Of a DNA stretch of 64,000 nt, positions 63,926-64,000 are shown piece by piece. The stretch is from Alphaproteobacteria bacterium (lineage in GTDB: Bacteria; Pseudomonadota; Alphaproteobacteria; Caulobacterales; Aquidulcibacteraceae): contig JAGWZH010000002.1 in NCBI GenBank assembly GCA_018971945.1, forward strand, positions 503 to 64,502, written 5' to 3'. Every line of letters starts with the position of its first letter. The first letter of the stretch is position 1. Both the position numbers and the translations under genes were made by a program. Below the pieces are notes generated by a model, which was not told the origin of the DNA, made no database searches, and saw nothing but the letters and a program-made list of their open reading frames with translations.

Positions 63926-64000
63926 CTATGCGATGAGATCGACGCGGGCCGCGCGCCACAACGAGGCCGTGAGAGGGCGAGCAGAGGGTGCTGCGGCCTC
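63926..64000 (-). CDS. 3' end of an upstream co-directional gene (possibly the hook-length protein FliK); 5' part lies outside the window
   Basis: The open frame from the window edge reads ...EAAAPSARPLTASLWRAARVDLIA and stops at TAG 63926-63928, 12 nt before flgD. The identity is inferred from position only. Confidence 0.3.
   Translation of the reverse strand, partial: EAAAPSARPLTASLWRAARVDLIA

Noticed and set aside
1-64000. CRISPR arrays, IS elements or transposases, integrases, prophage genes, toxin-antitoxin pairs, and restriction-modification or known defence systems.
   Set aside because: No repeat-spacer structure, terminal inverted repeats or relevant catalytic motifs (DDE, tyrosine or serine recombinase, REase/MTase pairs) were seen in any plausible coding frame. 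The lone SAM methyltransferase at 36115-36801 has no nuclease partner.

Overview
GC-rich alphaproteobacterial chromosomal segment; the gene order resembles Caulobacterales/Hyphomonadaceae (inference). No rRNA, tRNA, CRISPR array, IS element or prophage was seen. The ORF track is full of long antisense shadow ORFs typical of high-GC DNA, so genes were called from family signatures, GC3 and start/stop coupling. From left to right: a truncated GT39/ArnT-like glycosyltransferase, a TonB-dependent receptor, aguA-aguB-HAD (agmatine to putrescine), and a DCC oxidoreductase. Next come an APC permease coupled to a PAP2 acid phosphatase, and a tight five-gene operon of an AceE-like ThDP enzyme, an acyl-CoA ligase, an MliC-like lipoprotein, an enoyl-CoA hydratase and a LysR regulator. 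These are followed by alpha-2-macroglobulin plus PbpC, and an S8 lipoprotein protease with a coupled I9-propeptide-like protein. The middle of the window holds a second TonB-dependent receptor, housekeeping and envelope genes (mtgA, creD, sdhB, zapE) and a decayed alpha/beta-hydrolase. The right third is a cell-cycle and flagellar locus: ydbH-ynbE-ydbL plus an extra coupled small membrane gene runs head-to-tail into a ChpT-like histidine phosphotransferase, a CheA-REC hybrid kinase, CheY and CheR. After that come an M23 peptidase, ctrA, fliIJ, an flhG-like gene, and flhA-flbD-fliN-fliH(flbE)-fliG-fliF, sciP, flgE and flgD in Caulobacter-like order. The most interesting candidate is the ChpT-like/CheA-REC/CheY/CheR module. 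It lacks CheW, CheB and an MCP and sits 6 kb from ctrA, which suggests a chemosensory-type kinase feeding a ChpT-type phosphorelay. Secondary leads are structured non-coding elements (a 36-nt palindrome upstream of fliF, an AT-rich island, a 424-bp leader) and several unusual gene couplings.
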